Shown here: piece after piece, positions 41,557 to 54,467 of the stretch
How positions within the stretch are numbered: position 1 is the stretch's first letter
How the letters are laid out: each line of letters begins with the position of its first letter
NCBI GenBank assembly: GCA_009103225.1
Contig: RHPI01003491.1
Span: 183,128-247,127 of the forward strand
Source: Chlorokybus atmophyticus
Taxonomy: Eukaryota; Plantae; Mesostigma and Chlorokybus algae
DNA: 64,000 nt
Reading direction: 5' to 3'
The notes under the pieces: model-generated
Told to the model about the DNA's origin: nothing
What the model saw: the letters and a program-made list of their open reading frames with translations, nothing else
Databases searched by the model: none
Program-made: the position numbers and the translations under genes

Positions 41557-44200
41557 TATGTCACATAATTTATTTGCATATCATACGTACCCATTACATA
41601 TTACGTATTGTTCTGTGAGAACTTCTCGTACGTCATATACCAAAATGACAGGAACTGTTCATGCCATGGCCCGTTGTGGCATTTAATTTTTTCCATGCGC
41701 TTGACGCCACAATGCAATGTGGTCGACGCTATCCAATAATTGTAAGGCAATTTACGTTCATAATAATTTATTATGTTTAATTTTAACCTGTTGTATTATC
41801 AAGTTTGACACGAACAGTTTGTAATATGGTATATTACACCATGTACATTTCGTCCAAAAACTAATAACGAAAAGCCTCGGAACCAAAGTTCAACCATACT
41901 TCCAATGCCATTTTTTCTGCAAAATCAATCCATTGGCTTATAACCCGAAACATGAAAAAATGAAGTGGAAAGTAACTCTCAGGCAAGTGCTTTGGGCGAA
42001 ATGTGTGTGTTTGCACAAAATAAAATACATATAGCAATAACTTGTACATGTATAACATTGATAACATCGTCAAATATTAACGATATGATGCATACGGTAT
42101 GGCAATATAATTTGTAAGTTAAGTTAACTGTATGCATTCAGTAATATAACAAAATATGGGGTACATGGCAGGTTTCACAGTTTCAAGTTTACAGTGTTAC
42201 GTGCATAATACATGTACCAAAGAGTTTGGACCGAAGCAACAACAAGTTATCACTAAAACAACACTTTACAATACTCGCAGTGTACGCGGCGCAACCTTAA
42301 GGGCTCTGTCGACTAGTGCTGTGCTCTTGGTGCATATAGCGAAAGCTGGCAAAACCCTGGCGAAAATTTTACAATGTTTTACATACACAAAAGTTGCAGC
42401 CAGCAGCTTGCACATTATTTGCGTTGCAATGCAGCCCTTGTAAAGCAATTATAAACTCACACTTTTTATGGACATACATTATAAGTCCAGATAAGGGTAA
42501 ATGACATATGTTTTCATTAAACGAATAATAGCATAGTATTTCATTTAATTATGCCATTTACCCCCCACATTTCACGCGTATAGAGTTTATTCGGCTGTTG
42601 ACCATGTTTGATGACGCAGTAACTATAGCGTGTAATCAATTAGCGTTACATGGTAAAGTGGATTAGTTAGAACGAGGGTGAGTAGTGGCGGCATGTCTTT
42701 GGGGCCTGCCCCGACCTCGTACCCCTAAAAACGCGGCCGTTTTGACCACTAACTGTGCTGCAATTGCATCAAATCGCTAGCAATTTTGGGTCACCGTTAG
42801 CTAGCAGTTGCCGCCGAGATGGTTTTCAGTATCTTTTATGCATCTCTGCAATGATTGGCCAATTTTCTGCATTTTTGAGCAACGGCTGTTGTCACCGTTG
42901 CGATCCCATTTGATCAAATTCATGTGTGACCAAATGGTGGCCTAACGATGCAATTTTTCGTTTAGTTGAAACTTAACGTTAAGGTAATTTAGGTTAGCAT
43001 TTTTTTAATGATTGTAACCTTAACATTACTCACTGAAATCCTTAGCATACCGTGGCATAAACGTTACGATTACTATTATGCTTTTTAACGCTTAATTGCA
43101 GGTTGCTAGCCATCTTGCAACAGATGTGCTTCATTTTGCAACACATCAGCAATATCACCATGTATCATTGTATCTCCATACTTATCAATACACATAAACA
43201 TGATCAATATGCAGCAGCAAGCGGCCACGTATGCAGTATTGTGCTTAATTTTAAAATTTCTTCTCTCTCTTCTCTGGCATGCGTTTAAACAATTGAATGT
43301 GCTTTGGACGGCCAGGATCGTTTAGGCAGATCGAACGGTGTAACGCCTGTACTCGCCGCCTAGCCAATGAGAAGCCGGGCCGCACATACTGCCGCGCAGC
43401 CCGGCAGTCGCGGGTGCCGTGTAATGGCCCGATCAACAGCCGCACCATTTCATCTCCGCACGTCACGTGGCAGAAACGTTAATACTTAATGTATTGTCTT
43501 GATACATGTGGGACATGTTCAGATCATATAAGCCATGTGAAACTATGAATGTATCATGTATAAACGATTGCATGTATCGAACATATCATGCATACATGCC
43601 TATATACATAATATGCTATGATTATAGTATTATACGCATATAATGTGTTTATTGCTATGCATTGCTATAATACATGTGCATATCTTGTCAATTATATATA
43701 GTGTAATATATTATATGTATAATATAAAAATACTCATATATAAGTGCGTATATATCATGTATAGTTTGCACTTATGATACATATACACATTTAGATTATT
43801 ATTCATTACAATGCATAATACTATATGTAGTCACAATTGCATATAGCTATTAAGATCATCATATAAAGTATATATCATTCGCATACATTGTGAGCAGTTG
43901 CAAGAAATGGGGACGAGCTCTGGACGGTCGAGACTTGTTTTGATAGATCGGCCGATAGCTAATTATTGCCGCCTAGGCAATGAGAGGCAGGCGGGCCGCG
44001 CAGCCCGGCAGTCGCGGGTGCCGTTTGTCACACGGCCGTCGTGCGTGGTGCGCGTGTGATGTGTCTTGCCCTAATGCCGGCCGGCCCAATCACACGCCCA
44101 ATCAGCCGCACCGCTAGTTGGTATGTGAGTATATTTAAATATATCATATTGTATTACGTCGGTATGTCTGCATGTATGAAAGGCCGCGCACATGAACATG
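40740..44200. other. AT-rich, ORF-poor block with (TA)n/(TG)n tracts; probable non-autonomous TE relic
   Basis: Visibly more AT-rich than the flanks; TA-type tracts at ~41083-41150 and 41490-41556; no recognisable protein; termini not found. Confidence 0.5.
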
Positions 44201-44547
44201 TTTAATGTGCTTACATGCGTGAGATTACCGCTAGAAGCTGCACTTTATAACGCGGTTTTGGCGGGAAAGGCGGGGTTTCGCCAACCACCAGCATCGGGGG
44301 CCTCTGGTGCAACATGGCGAAACCGCAATGCTGCACCGCGTACACTGAGTACACCTCACAACCCACAGCCCGTTGGTATAAGCGTACAGTCTACCCCCGC
44401 TAAGAGCATACTGTTTATCCTCAGCCATCTTATGCTCTTGGCGGGGTTATTCTCTAAGCGTTGAAGAGCATAATATGCTATTGACTGCCAAGAGCATAAA
44501 TATGCTACTAGCGGGGTTTTGTGTATAATACCTTTTATGCTCACTGC

Positions 44548-45600
44548 CAGTTTCATTTCGCAGTTGTTTGCGCCGCGTGATGCACGTGATGCGTAGTATG
44601 CCGCCGTGTATAGTAGAACGCGTGGCACGTGATTTGAATTTCGCGCTATGATTGTCGTGTATGTACTGATCGCCGCGGCGTAGCACGCGGCGAAGCACCC
44701 TATCTTAACGCCCGCGAACTTAAGCATAGATGCACAGCTTGAGTGTATAATCGGACGCCCCCCAAAAAATCAACGGAGTTAGCGGAGCGCACGTGGCATC
44801 GTTCAATATATGTTTACCGTTGGATGTTATTTAGGTATTAAACACGCGTGACTTGGTGTCTGATACCGTTACTCGTCACGATTTGTGGTACGTGATTTTT
44901 ATTCTATGACCGCTCGTGTATGTATTGATTGCCGCCGTCAAGCACCCTATCTTAACGCCCGCAAACTTCAGCATATATGCACAGGTTGGGTGTATTGTCG
45001 GACGCCCCCCAAAATATCTACGTCGTCAGCGGAGAGCACGTGGCGTCGTTTTGTATATGTGGGCCGTTGGATGTTATTTAGTCATTAAACACGCGTGACT
45101 TGGTGTCGGATACCGTCACGCGTCACGATTAGGGGAGTGGTGCAGTCGATTTCGCAGCCGATTTCTGCAGCCTAATCGCCTCGACGTTTTGGACACGCAT
45201 ATCGTCTCAGCATGCGGCGTGTTGTCGTTTCCGAAACGTTGGACGCAACGCAATTATGAAGAGCGCGTGACTTTGTGTCGGATACCGTTACGCGTCACGA
45301 TTGGGCGAGGTGTGCAATCGATTTCGCAGCCGATTTCTGCAGCCTAATCGCTTCGACGTTTCGGATACGCATATCGTCTCAGCATGCCTTGTGCGGCGTG
45401 TCATCGTTTCTGAAACGTTGGACGCAACGCAGTTATGAAGCGCGCGTGACTTTGTGTTGGATACCGTTACGCGTCACGATTGGGCGAGTTGTACAGTCGA
45501 TTTCACAGCCGATGTCGCAGCCTAATCTGCTTCGACGTTTTGAAAATGTATATGGCCTCAGCATGCCTTGTGCGGCGTGTTGTTGTTTTCGAAACGTGCA
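44548..45600. repeat. Nested tandem repeats (2 units of ~245 bp, then ~3 units of ~175 bp), with palindromic hairpins at unit junctions
   Basis: CGCGTGAC-TT(G/T)GTGT(C/T)(G/T)GATACC-GT(C/T)AC(G/T)CGTCACG starts at 44845, 45092, 45264 and 45443. Confidence 0.9.
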
Positions 45601-45693
45601 TCTGGCGGCGGACGTTAGTGTGGTGGTGGCGTGGTGTCGCTTAGTTGCACTGCTATATTTGCGGTGGTTGTGAGTAGGCCTGTTCTTGTAATA

Positions 45694-47961
45694 ATGTCAA
45701 GTGTTGATGGAAGCGCAAGTGCTGTGGGGGATGTCGGGGTTCCTGTTGAGCGTTGGTGGACACGCGATGAAGTGAACCATTACCTCAAGGTAAATTACAT
45801 TGTGTGGGTATTCAATGCATAGTGATAATGCATGACAATTGGTCATTATGACATGTTCGATAGGTGGACGGTACGTTGTTCCCCTTTATGCCACCTGCTG
45901 ACGTTTTGCAAGCTGCCAACGCTGTGAATGCGGAAAGCGCTTATGGTGATCACCCTGCGGCGAAACATTCAGTTTCATTTCGCAGTTTTCCGCGCCGCGT
46001 GATGCACGTGATGCGTAGTACGCCGCCGTGTACAGTAAAACGCGTGGCACGTGATTTGTATTTCGCGCTATGATTGTCGTGTATGTACTGATCGCTGCGG
46101 CGTAGCACGCGGCGAAGCACCCTATACTAACGCCCGCGAACTTAAGCATAGATGCACAGCTTGAGTGTATAATCGGACGCCCCCCAAAAAATCAATGGAG
46201 TTAGCGGAGCGCACGTGGCATCGTTCAATATATGTTTATCGTTGGATGTTATTTAGGTATTAAACACGCGTGACTTGGTGTCTGATACCGTTACTCGTCA
46301 CAATTTGTGGTACGTGGAATTTTATTCTATGACCGCTCGTGTATGTATTGATTGCCGCCGTCAAGCACCCTATCTTAACGCCCGCGAACTTCAGCATAGA
46401 TGCACAGGTTGGGTGTATTGTCGGACGCCCCCCAAACTATCAACGTCGTTAGCGGAGAGCACATGGCGTCATTTAGTATATGTGGGCCGTTGGATGTTAT
46501 TTAGTCATTAAACACGCGTGAATTGGTGGCGGTCGCGTTGCCCGGCAGCCATGGAGCCATTAATCGGGCAATGGGACAGTTTCACCGACGACGACACAGC
46601 ATCACCATGTCAGCTGATTGAGCATTGTGGGCATCGTCACGATGAATGTTCAATTTATATATTTTGTCTGATCGCAGCACAAGCGCCGGAGATGTTTTTA
46701 ATTGCCATTTCGGTGTTTTTTCGCGAAAGCGATCAGCGTCTATTTGTGCGTTTAGAGGATGCTGCTTGTGTGGTGGGCATGAAGAAGAAACCTTGACTCA
46801 GTGCACTTTTTGACATGGACGCAGAAGGTGTGGATGTCACCGAAGACATACACGATGAGACTAGCATGTGGGACGTGGCTGAAGGTATGCAGTTTGTGTA
46901 CGGTAGACATTGTTGCAGCATGCTGAAGCAGGCATAATTGCTGTCAGTAATGTTTTGCATGTAGGTCGCCAACGCGCTGGTCTTTCAGTGTCAGTGTATA
47001 CCTCAAATGTCGCTATGTCCTTGGCGCCGACAGCACCACCTTGCGCCCCTCCTGACCCTGGCTCCGACACAGAAGAAAATTTTTTTCATGACGAAAGCAA
47101 TCAGTCCGACCAAGAAGACGAAGCTGCTCCCCAGCGAGCCGAAGTCCCGGGCGATGACGACTTGCACGCCCCCCTTCAGCAAGGATCTGAAGATGTAATG
47201 TTGATCGTTAATTCCAGTTATTCGAGGCTCAACAAGTGGCGTTGGTGGGTAGTTTGGGTCTGGAGTATGGCTGCACAAGACTGCCGCGTCAGTCGGTTGC
47301 AACAGGAGACCGAGGTATTCATTAATCGTGGTCACTTCTTGTATTGCCATGGCAACACCGGCAACTACGGCACTACTATGCGGTTGCCAGACATTCAGGC
47401 CATCATGCAAGCGAGCTTCGCTACAGCCCAAGCACATGCAGCTGCCCTGGCCGCCCCTACAAACCTCACATTGGAGGCACCGCCGGTCACGCTAACGTTG
47501 CCCGCTACATCCAGAGCACATGCAGCTGCCCTGGCCCTGCCCGCGCCTACAGACGTCACATTGGAGGCACGGTCGGTTTCGCTGGCGTTGCCCACTCCTC
47601 GACCACATATCACTCCTGCTGAAAGCAGCCGCAAAAGACCTAGGTTGCCCTCGCCTTCACTCAAATGTATTTGTAATGGAACGTGTGTGTGCGTTACTGC
47701 TTTTGGCAGTCATTGCCGGTTTGTTTTAGACTACACAATGTACACATCACAGTGGTAACTGGGCCAAGCGCATGCAAGACAGAGGAAGGTGGACCGAGCT
47801 CACGGCCTATGAAGCGCGATGACACCGCTGAAGATCTCATCAACGCGCAGGTGGCTTCCTTTGTGTTAGACTACACTAAAACTTTCAGCGAAGAAGAGTT
47901 TATTAACATTGTGCGGCGTGTGTATCGCAAAGGTTATTGGAATGTAGTGATGACTGATTAG
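45694..47961 (+). pseudogene. Intron-containing cargo gene of unknown function, interrupted by the repeat copy
   Basis: MSSVDG..RDEVNHYLK|VDGTLFPF.. joined by a GT-AG intron; later exons FRESDQRLFVRLEDAACVVGMKKKP*, an acidic stretch and an ~84-bp duplication (AHAAALA..TLEA). In-frame stop; model uncertain. Confidence 0.45.
45970..46520 (+). repeat. Second copy (~550 bp) of 44548-45100
   Basis: Both begin CAGTTTCATTTCGCAGTT.. and run co-linearly with scattered substitutions to ..TTAGTCATTAAACACGCGTGA. Confidence 0.92.
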
Positions 47962-48457
47962 GGGTCTAGTAACGTTTCGAAATGTACTAGTGGCCTTATA
48001 TTACGCGCACAAGCAGGCTGCTCTTCCGAAACGTCCGTGTTAACTGTAAACGACGAAATTCAGCAGTCTTAGCCATCAATGTATTCACCGTTTGCCGTTG
48101 ACCCCATGTACGACTGTACTCCCATATGATGGTACTGTGCCTTGAACGGCAACAAACTCAACCAGGATGCATTTACCGTTTGCCGTGTACGTGATGTACG
48201 ACTATATTCCAGTACAATGGCCCCGTCCCGTTAATGGCTGACGGTATCGCTAATGCCTTGCCGATTGTTGTTTACCGTATAGGGAACACGTGATGCGTCA
48301 TAAATCGAGTCTGGACGTGACGCGCGTATAGGTAGCCGCGTGGCGGCCCCACAGTCGTAGATTAATAAAAACTATCGCACTACATCTAACGACGGTACAG
48401 AACAGCAATATATACCAGTAGACATCGCTGTCAGCCGTTGATTTGATTGCCTAACCC

Positions 48458-51400
48458 TTGTGCGCCTGGCGCGGATTGGGCGCGGCGGTGGCGCAGACGA
48501 TTCGGAAGCTGTATGGCACCTGGGAGAGGAACTTGAAGGCCCTGTATCGTCCGAAACGACGGTGTTTCTTGCACGTCAGAACTATGAGTACGTTATTGTT
48601 GCAGTGTATGGCAACTGTATCACATACGTTGTTTTCCATGCAACTAGAGTCGTGGACGGCCGTTTGTAACCAAACTTTCGTGTTGATGTTGTGTTGCTGT
48701 TGTTGCGGGCGTGTGCAAATCAGCAATGATGGCACGCACACCAAGGTGCGACCGTTTGCCAACCTTGCACACCCTCCGTATTCATTAGTCAATCTGTATA
48801 TGGATAGATATATACGGCAAAACACGAAGTGGGCCATATGTTTTTTGTGTCGACGTATACATGATTGCAAAACAGAGTTTTTAAGCGCACTTACGCCCCG
48901 ACATATCAAACGCCTGTTAATTTCAAAGCCCTTGCACATCATGATGTTATCTTTACTAAACACGAGATTAAGTCTGCAAAAACAATACCACAATTATGGT
49001 ACCACGCATGGTGGCATTGACGTTGAATCCGTCTTTACTGGTCCGTTAATACAATGGTCAGATAATAGTTTGCTATTAGATGGGCATGCCACAGTTTTGC
49101 AAGATATCTTATGCGAAATGCTAGCGCAGAATGTGTATGTTAAACACTATCGCACAATGATGGAACAGCCACGACGTAATCTCGGAGTGGTTGTGTAGAC
49201 TGTAGATGTGATCGCAAGCTTAGTAAGTCATCATATTGCGCGTAACCCCAATGCTGTTGATCTTGAAACCGAAGTGCATCGTGCAATATCTACATGCGTA
49301 CCCGTTGAAGCGGGTAGCATGCCAAAATCGCGCAATACGCTGATATACAATGGAAAGCCTTTTGCTGGAAATTTGATGCAACGCAATTCGCAAGAAGAAG
49401 TTGAGCTCTTCGTTTCTCCCATGACCACACGCAGCGCTAACATGTCCGTAGAAATGGCGTTATTCCCGTTCTTATATCCATCTGGCAGGCATGACTTCAG
49501 CGGTACGTGCAACATTGGAACATATTTGTCATATCGTCTCTCTTGTTTATTTTTGGTGTACACATTGTACAAGCCATACTTGTTATTGATGTATCAAGTT
49601 TGGCAAGCATGCCGCGTTATGAGTACGCACTATACAGTATGTATTGAGAAAGAGTTTAACAAATACAAAAAAAAACATCCCTTCAGTACAGATGACATGG
49701 CGTACCAAAATATTATCAAATATCATATACCCAGTACAGTGCCACAGTCGCCATTATGGCACAAGAATCAATTGATCGATGTGTTGACGTTAGTCGATCA
49801 TTGGGGTCTACCTTCATTATTCCTGACTTTGACGGCTGACGAGGTGTCGTCGCCACGCTGCGCAGAGTTGATCATCTCGAAAATGTTGTGCAATCGATCA
49901 ATTTGAACATGACATGGCGTGATTGTCCCGTAGAAGGAGCGATACTATTTCGGGAAAGATGCACAAAGTTTTTAAAGCAATTCATATTGGGCAAAGGTAT
50001 TTTGGGCGAAGTGCAGCATCACGTGTTGCGTTATGAGGTACAGCACCGCTGATCTGTACATGCACATATTATGCTGTGGGTCGCTCCACAAGATGTCGAC
50101 CGCGTAAGCAACGAGATTACAGCAGTGGTTCCTGCAGATGTAGACTCAGCAACAAACAGATTCATACGTCCGCAAGATCTGATACAACAAAAGTTGTTTG
50201 ACCATATCATAACAAAACATATGCATACATGTCGCGAAGATGGTTGTCCGAAACAAGGGCCATGCCAATATGGATTTCCATTTGCTGTACACAACGACAC
50301 TTGTAAGTACGATGCGCATTAACGTCGCTATTTATATTATCGTCCCCGCCATTGCGATCGCAATGTAGTACCATGCCACCCCGCGATCGCGTTATTATGG
50401 GGCGCGCACGTCAATTTACAACGCATATGCAATGAGGCATGGTCATATTATGTGTTAAAATACGCAATTAAGTCCGAACCATTTGGTAAACTTAATCTCA
50501 ATCCTGATGCTGCACGGTGTTTGGGTTTAAAAGGAATGACCGACGCCGAACTGCGCGTTACGTCAGCGCTGTACATGTCGAAACCTGTGAGCCCTGCGGA
50601 AGCAGCTTTGGTATTGCTCAATATACCAATAGTGCATATGTCATCATCTGTTGAATACTTGGATTAAAGACCCAGACAATTCCGCGTGATAAACATAGGT
50701 CGTGGCGCCAATCTACATAACGTTGACAAGTATTGCGCACGGCCAGCCTCACTTAAAAACGTTACGTTTTATGATTAGTTTCGAGAATACGTTTGTGTCG
50801 ACAGCAAAACGCATGCTACGATTCAATCTGACCATTCTACAAACAAGTACATTGACTTCATGGGTGTCACCATACACACCACCACGAAATATGTGTATCG
50901 CTTATGCCAGCCCAAAATAATCAGATTTACCGATTCAATAAGTTATCATCCAACACATCACATGCAAGCGTATTTTTACAATGTGCTATTGCAAAAGGTG
51001 CCATTTCGAACAGAGAATCAAATACAACCATCTGAAGACGCTGATTGTTTACAAGAATGCATTACTCGAGGAATAGTGGATGTCGACAACATTGATGAGC
51101 ACTTGCATCAGTATACACAAAGGCATCTGCAAAAAGAGGTCGATGGCGAATTGTTGTCGAACATCATGCAACAAAGAATGCACAACATGCATATGACACC
51201 TATACCATCTTCGATTGACGTAATCACAAATGCCGATGATACAAACATGTTTAAACGTGACTTCAATATGAACACTGCCGACAACTTAATGGGCTCACAA
51301 CGGTCAATATTCAACGACATAATCAATAGTGGTGAAGGATTGTATGTTCTTAGCGGCACTCCAGGTAGTGGCAAAACACGTATGATTAAGACACTCGCAT

Positions 51401-52677
51401 CACATTATGCACGCCACGGAAAACATGTGCTCCTGACCGCTAGCACCGGAGCTGCAGCCAAAAGAATACATCCTGCAGCCACCACAATTCATAGCGCCTT
51501 TAAATTGCCTTTTCGCGATGATGGCTTTATGAGCACATTGTACCCGACCGATGCAGCGTACTTGGGCATTGCAACTATGGACGTGCTGATTATTGACGAA
51601 TTTTCAATGCTCACAAGCAGTACGTTTAAGAGTCTGATTATGCATCGCATGCAAACCGTGCATGCATTGATGACTATACTGGAAGTGGTCACAGTGATTC
51701 TAGTCGGTGACATGCACCAGCTGCCAGCCGTATGCCATCATCGAGTTACACCATGCCTACAATGTCAAATCACGACCAGTCACTGGTGGACTGATGCAAA
51801 AGTTATGCATCCGACAAGTTCTATCCGACAAGAACAGGATCCGCACTTCGCGCAATTTCTTTCGTAAATCCGGCACGCTATTCCTTCGAGCGAACAAATA
51901 AGAGAAGTCTTAGCATCGTGCGTCTGTGATTTCCAAACCGTCTTACGAACTCCAGGAGAAATCACGGTCATTTGTTCCCATGTTGTCGACACAATGGTAT
52001 ACAACCATCTCATATTGCAGAAATTATTCCCTGATGCGGTCATTACAAAAGTTAACATCAAACACAACTGCCCTACCAACACAATAGACACAAGAATTCT
52101 GCAGTTTTTGGAAGAACCTAACTTTCACCGCATGCAATCGGTGTGCATTGGTGCACGTGTACTGTTCATGAAATCAGATACCCGTCGGGGCATCACGAAC
52201 GGCTCCACCGGTACTGCCACCGCCATTGAACTAGATCCAGATTCGTTGCTAGCTGACATGAAGGCAATCCACGTGCAATTGCATGACATTGATCGCATAG
52301 TCCGGGTCACCCGCAGCGACCGAAAATACTGCTATGACACAAGGCAAACGTACTTCAAATGTACATTCCCTATGCAACTGGCCTATGCTGTCACCGCCCA
52401 CAAATGTCAAGGAATGACCATTGCACATACCGCATTCGTCGACATTCAACACGCTTTCTGCTCTGGCATGTGGTATGTAGCGCTGTCAAGGGTGACGCAC
52501 AGATCCTACCTCAAGTTGAAAGAATTGCCCGCACCGCAAATTTTTAAAACCGACATAGACGTTTCAGAGCAACGAACGAGTCTAACACGTTGCAAGATGC
52601 ACGTGGCCTGCTGCAAAACGTCCATACATGTAAATATGCCAATATGCATATACGCAGAAAGATCGAAAAACGTATGA
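48458..52677 (+). pseudogene. Helitron-type Rep/helicase (HUH endonuclease + PIF1-family helicase), broken by stops and frameshifts
   Basis: Rep motifs LPSLFLTLTADE, YEVQHR*SVHAHIMLW (HUH), YYVLKYAIKSEP, KPVSPAEAALVLL. Helicase motifs LSGTPGSGKT, LIIDEFSML, LVGDMHQLPAV, SIRQEQDPHFAQFL, FPMQLAYAVTAHKCQGMT, YVALSRV. Confidence 0.92.
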
Positions 52678-52980
52678 ATAACGCTAACTACATGACCTAA
52701 TGTTATGCGTAACGCCATGAATGGATAAGGCCATCGACCTATCACACCGTTGTAATAGGCCGCGGATTGGCGCAGCGGCGCGGACAATCGCATAAAGCAA
52801 TCGACCACTCCAGTCGCAGCAATTGTGGTAGGCCGCGGCTTTGGCGGCGGCGGCGGCGGCAGCGAAACCACCACCATTTCAGAATAGACAGGCCAGGCAG
52901 CGGCGCCGGCGAGAAGCAGTAAGTGTTTTGAAACGTCGCGTGCCATTTGTGGCAGAGCATTAACTTCCTGTGCGACACAG

Positions 52981-54173
52981 ATGGCTGACCTCTTCAGCGC
53001 TGCGTTCGAGGCTGCGGTCAAGCAGCTCGACGACCCTGATCCAGCAACGGACACTCCGTTGAGGGACGAGCCGCTACCTTTTACTGTCAACCAGCGGCGG
53101 TTGCTGAACAGTCTTGGGTACTTACCGGAGGAATACTATGATCGCTACGACATTTCCTACACCGACATCGACCACATGATCACAAAAGCAAGACAGAACG
53201 AAAAGGATTGGAAGCGCAAAAATCAGCAGGAAGTCGGCGCACCTACAGGTAATAAACCACACGTTCATACCAAGTGTGTAATAACTGCAAAGTTGCAAAT
53301 TGCTACTGTTCTTGGTAACACCCCAGTGATGATCTAACAAGGTTGTGCATTAGGGTCCGCCAAATACTTCTTCGCCAAGTTTGGCAAGCAATTCGGCCAC
53401 AACATGAATAGGTACGACGCGTTCAAGGCGCTCAGCGAGATCATGAACCGGGAACTCGAACGCGACGGAAAGACAAGGGTCATCTAGACAGTGCAGCTGT
53501 TGGAAATTATCTTTGAGTACAAAGCGGCAACGTGGGAAAAGTGCAAGCATTTGACTCAAGAAGAGGCAGCCAAGATCATTGACGCACTGGAGAAAGTCGC
53601 TGAAAAGGAAGGATCAACGCTGACACCACAACGTCAGAGACAAAAGAGGACTTATCTCCAGGATTGCTGCGACATTGCTTCGCCATCCACCGTCCCAACG
53701 CAATCAAGCATGTCCACGGTAACACCAACTACCGCAGAGCCCGCCACACAAAAAAACAAAAAAACACCAAATCCAGCGTTGGAGCCAGCAGTACCACCTT
53801 TACAAACTGACGCTTACACGAACAGGTACAATACGCATGTGCAACTTGAACATACCCTGCTACAACACAAACAATAATCACGAATTGTCAGGTGGTGTGT
53901 ACGTGGGGCAATCCGTTCATCCCCACCAACGGTTCACCCAACACGCACGTAAACCGCCCAAAATGAAAGATGTGTTGAAAGATGCCCCGTTTAAAGAACA
54001 AGTCACCATGGAGGTGATGGGTTCCTACGACTTGCAAGCAGAAAATGACGCGGCGGAAACCACGCTGACACTGAAGCTGCGTCGTCAAGGAGTGCAACTT
54101 GAATACCTTGGTAGGAGCACCATTGAAGACTCGCCAAGGGTGGATGTTCAAGCAAAACGACATCATGAAGTAA
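52981..54173 (+). pseudogene. Spliced cargo gene ending in a GIY-YIG endonuclease domain
   Basis: Exons MADLFSAAFE..GAPT|GSAKYFFAKFG..RVI*TVQLL..LTQEEAAKIIDALEK. Then, in a shifted frame, QYHLYKLTLTRT|GGVYVGQSVHPHQRFTQH..AAE..NLNTLVGAP*. One in-frame stop and two apparent frameshifts. Confidence 0.72.
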
Positions 54174-54467
54174 ATGTCGCCTCCTCATTAGACAACGCAT
54201 TGCATTTGCTGTATTAGTGGCAACTAGGTTCCCCAGCATCAACCCGGATAGGTGTATGATTCATGCATGTTTTACAAATAAAAGCGCATTTGTTAAAAGC
54301 GCCTGCCCAACACAAAGCCAAAAATATAGTAACAATATGTGCGACATATAACATTTAAAAGCCAAAAACGTTTCCAGTAATCACAACTGCCGCACAACTA
54401 CACGACTACAACTAATAACAATTAAAATCAACAGTAATCTCTGAAGTAATCTAAAGTAACCGCGCTA

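Noticed and set aside
44845-45480. CRISPR-like appearance of regularly spaced palindromes
   Set aside because: The spacers are 135-210 bp and are themselves repeats; eukaryotic TE context; no cas genes.
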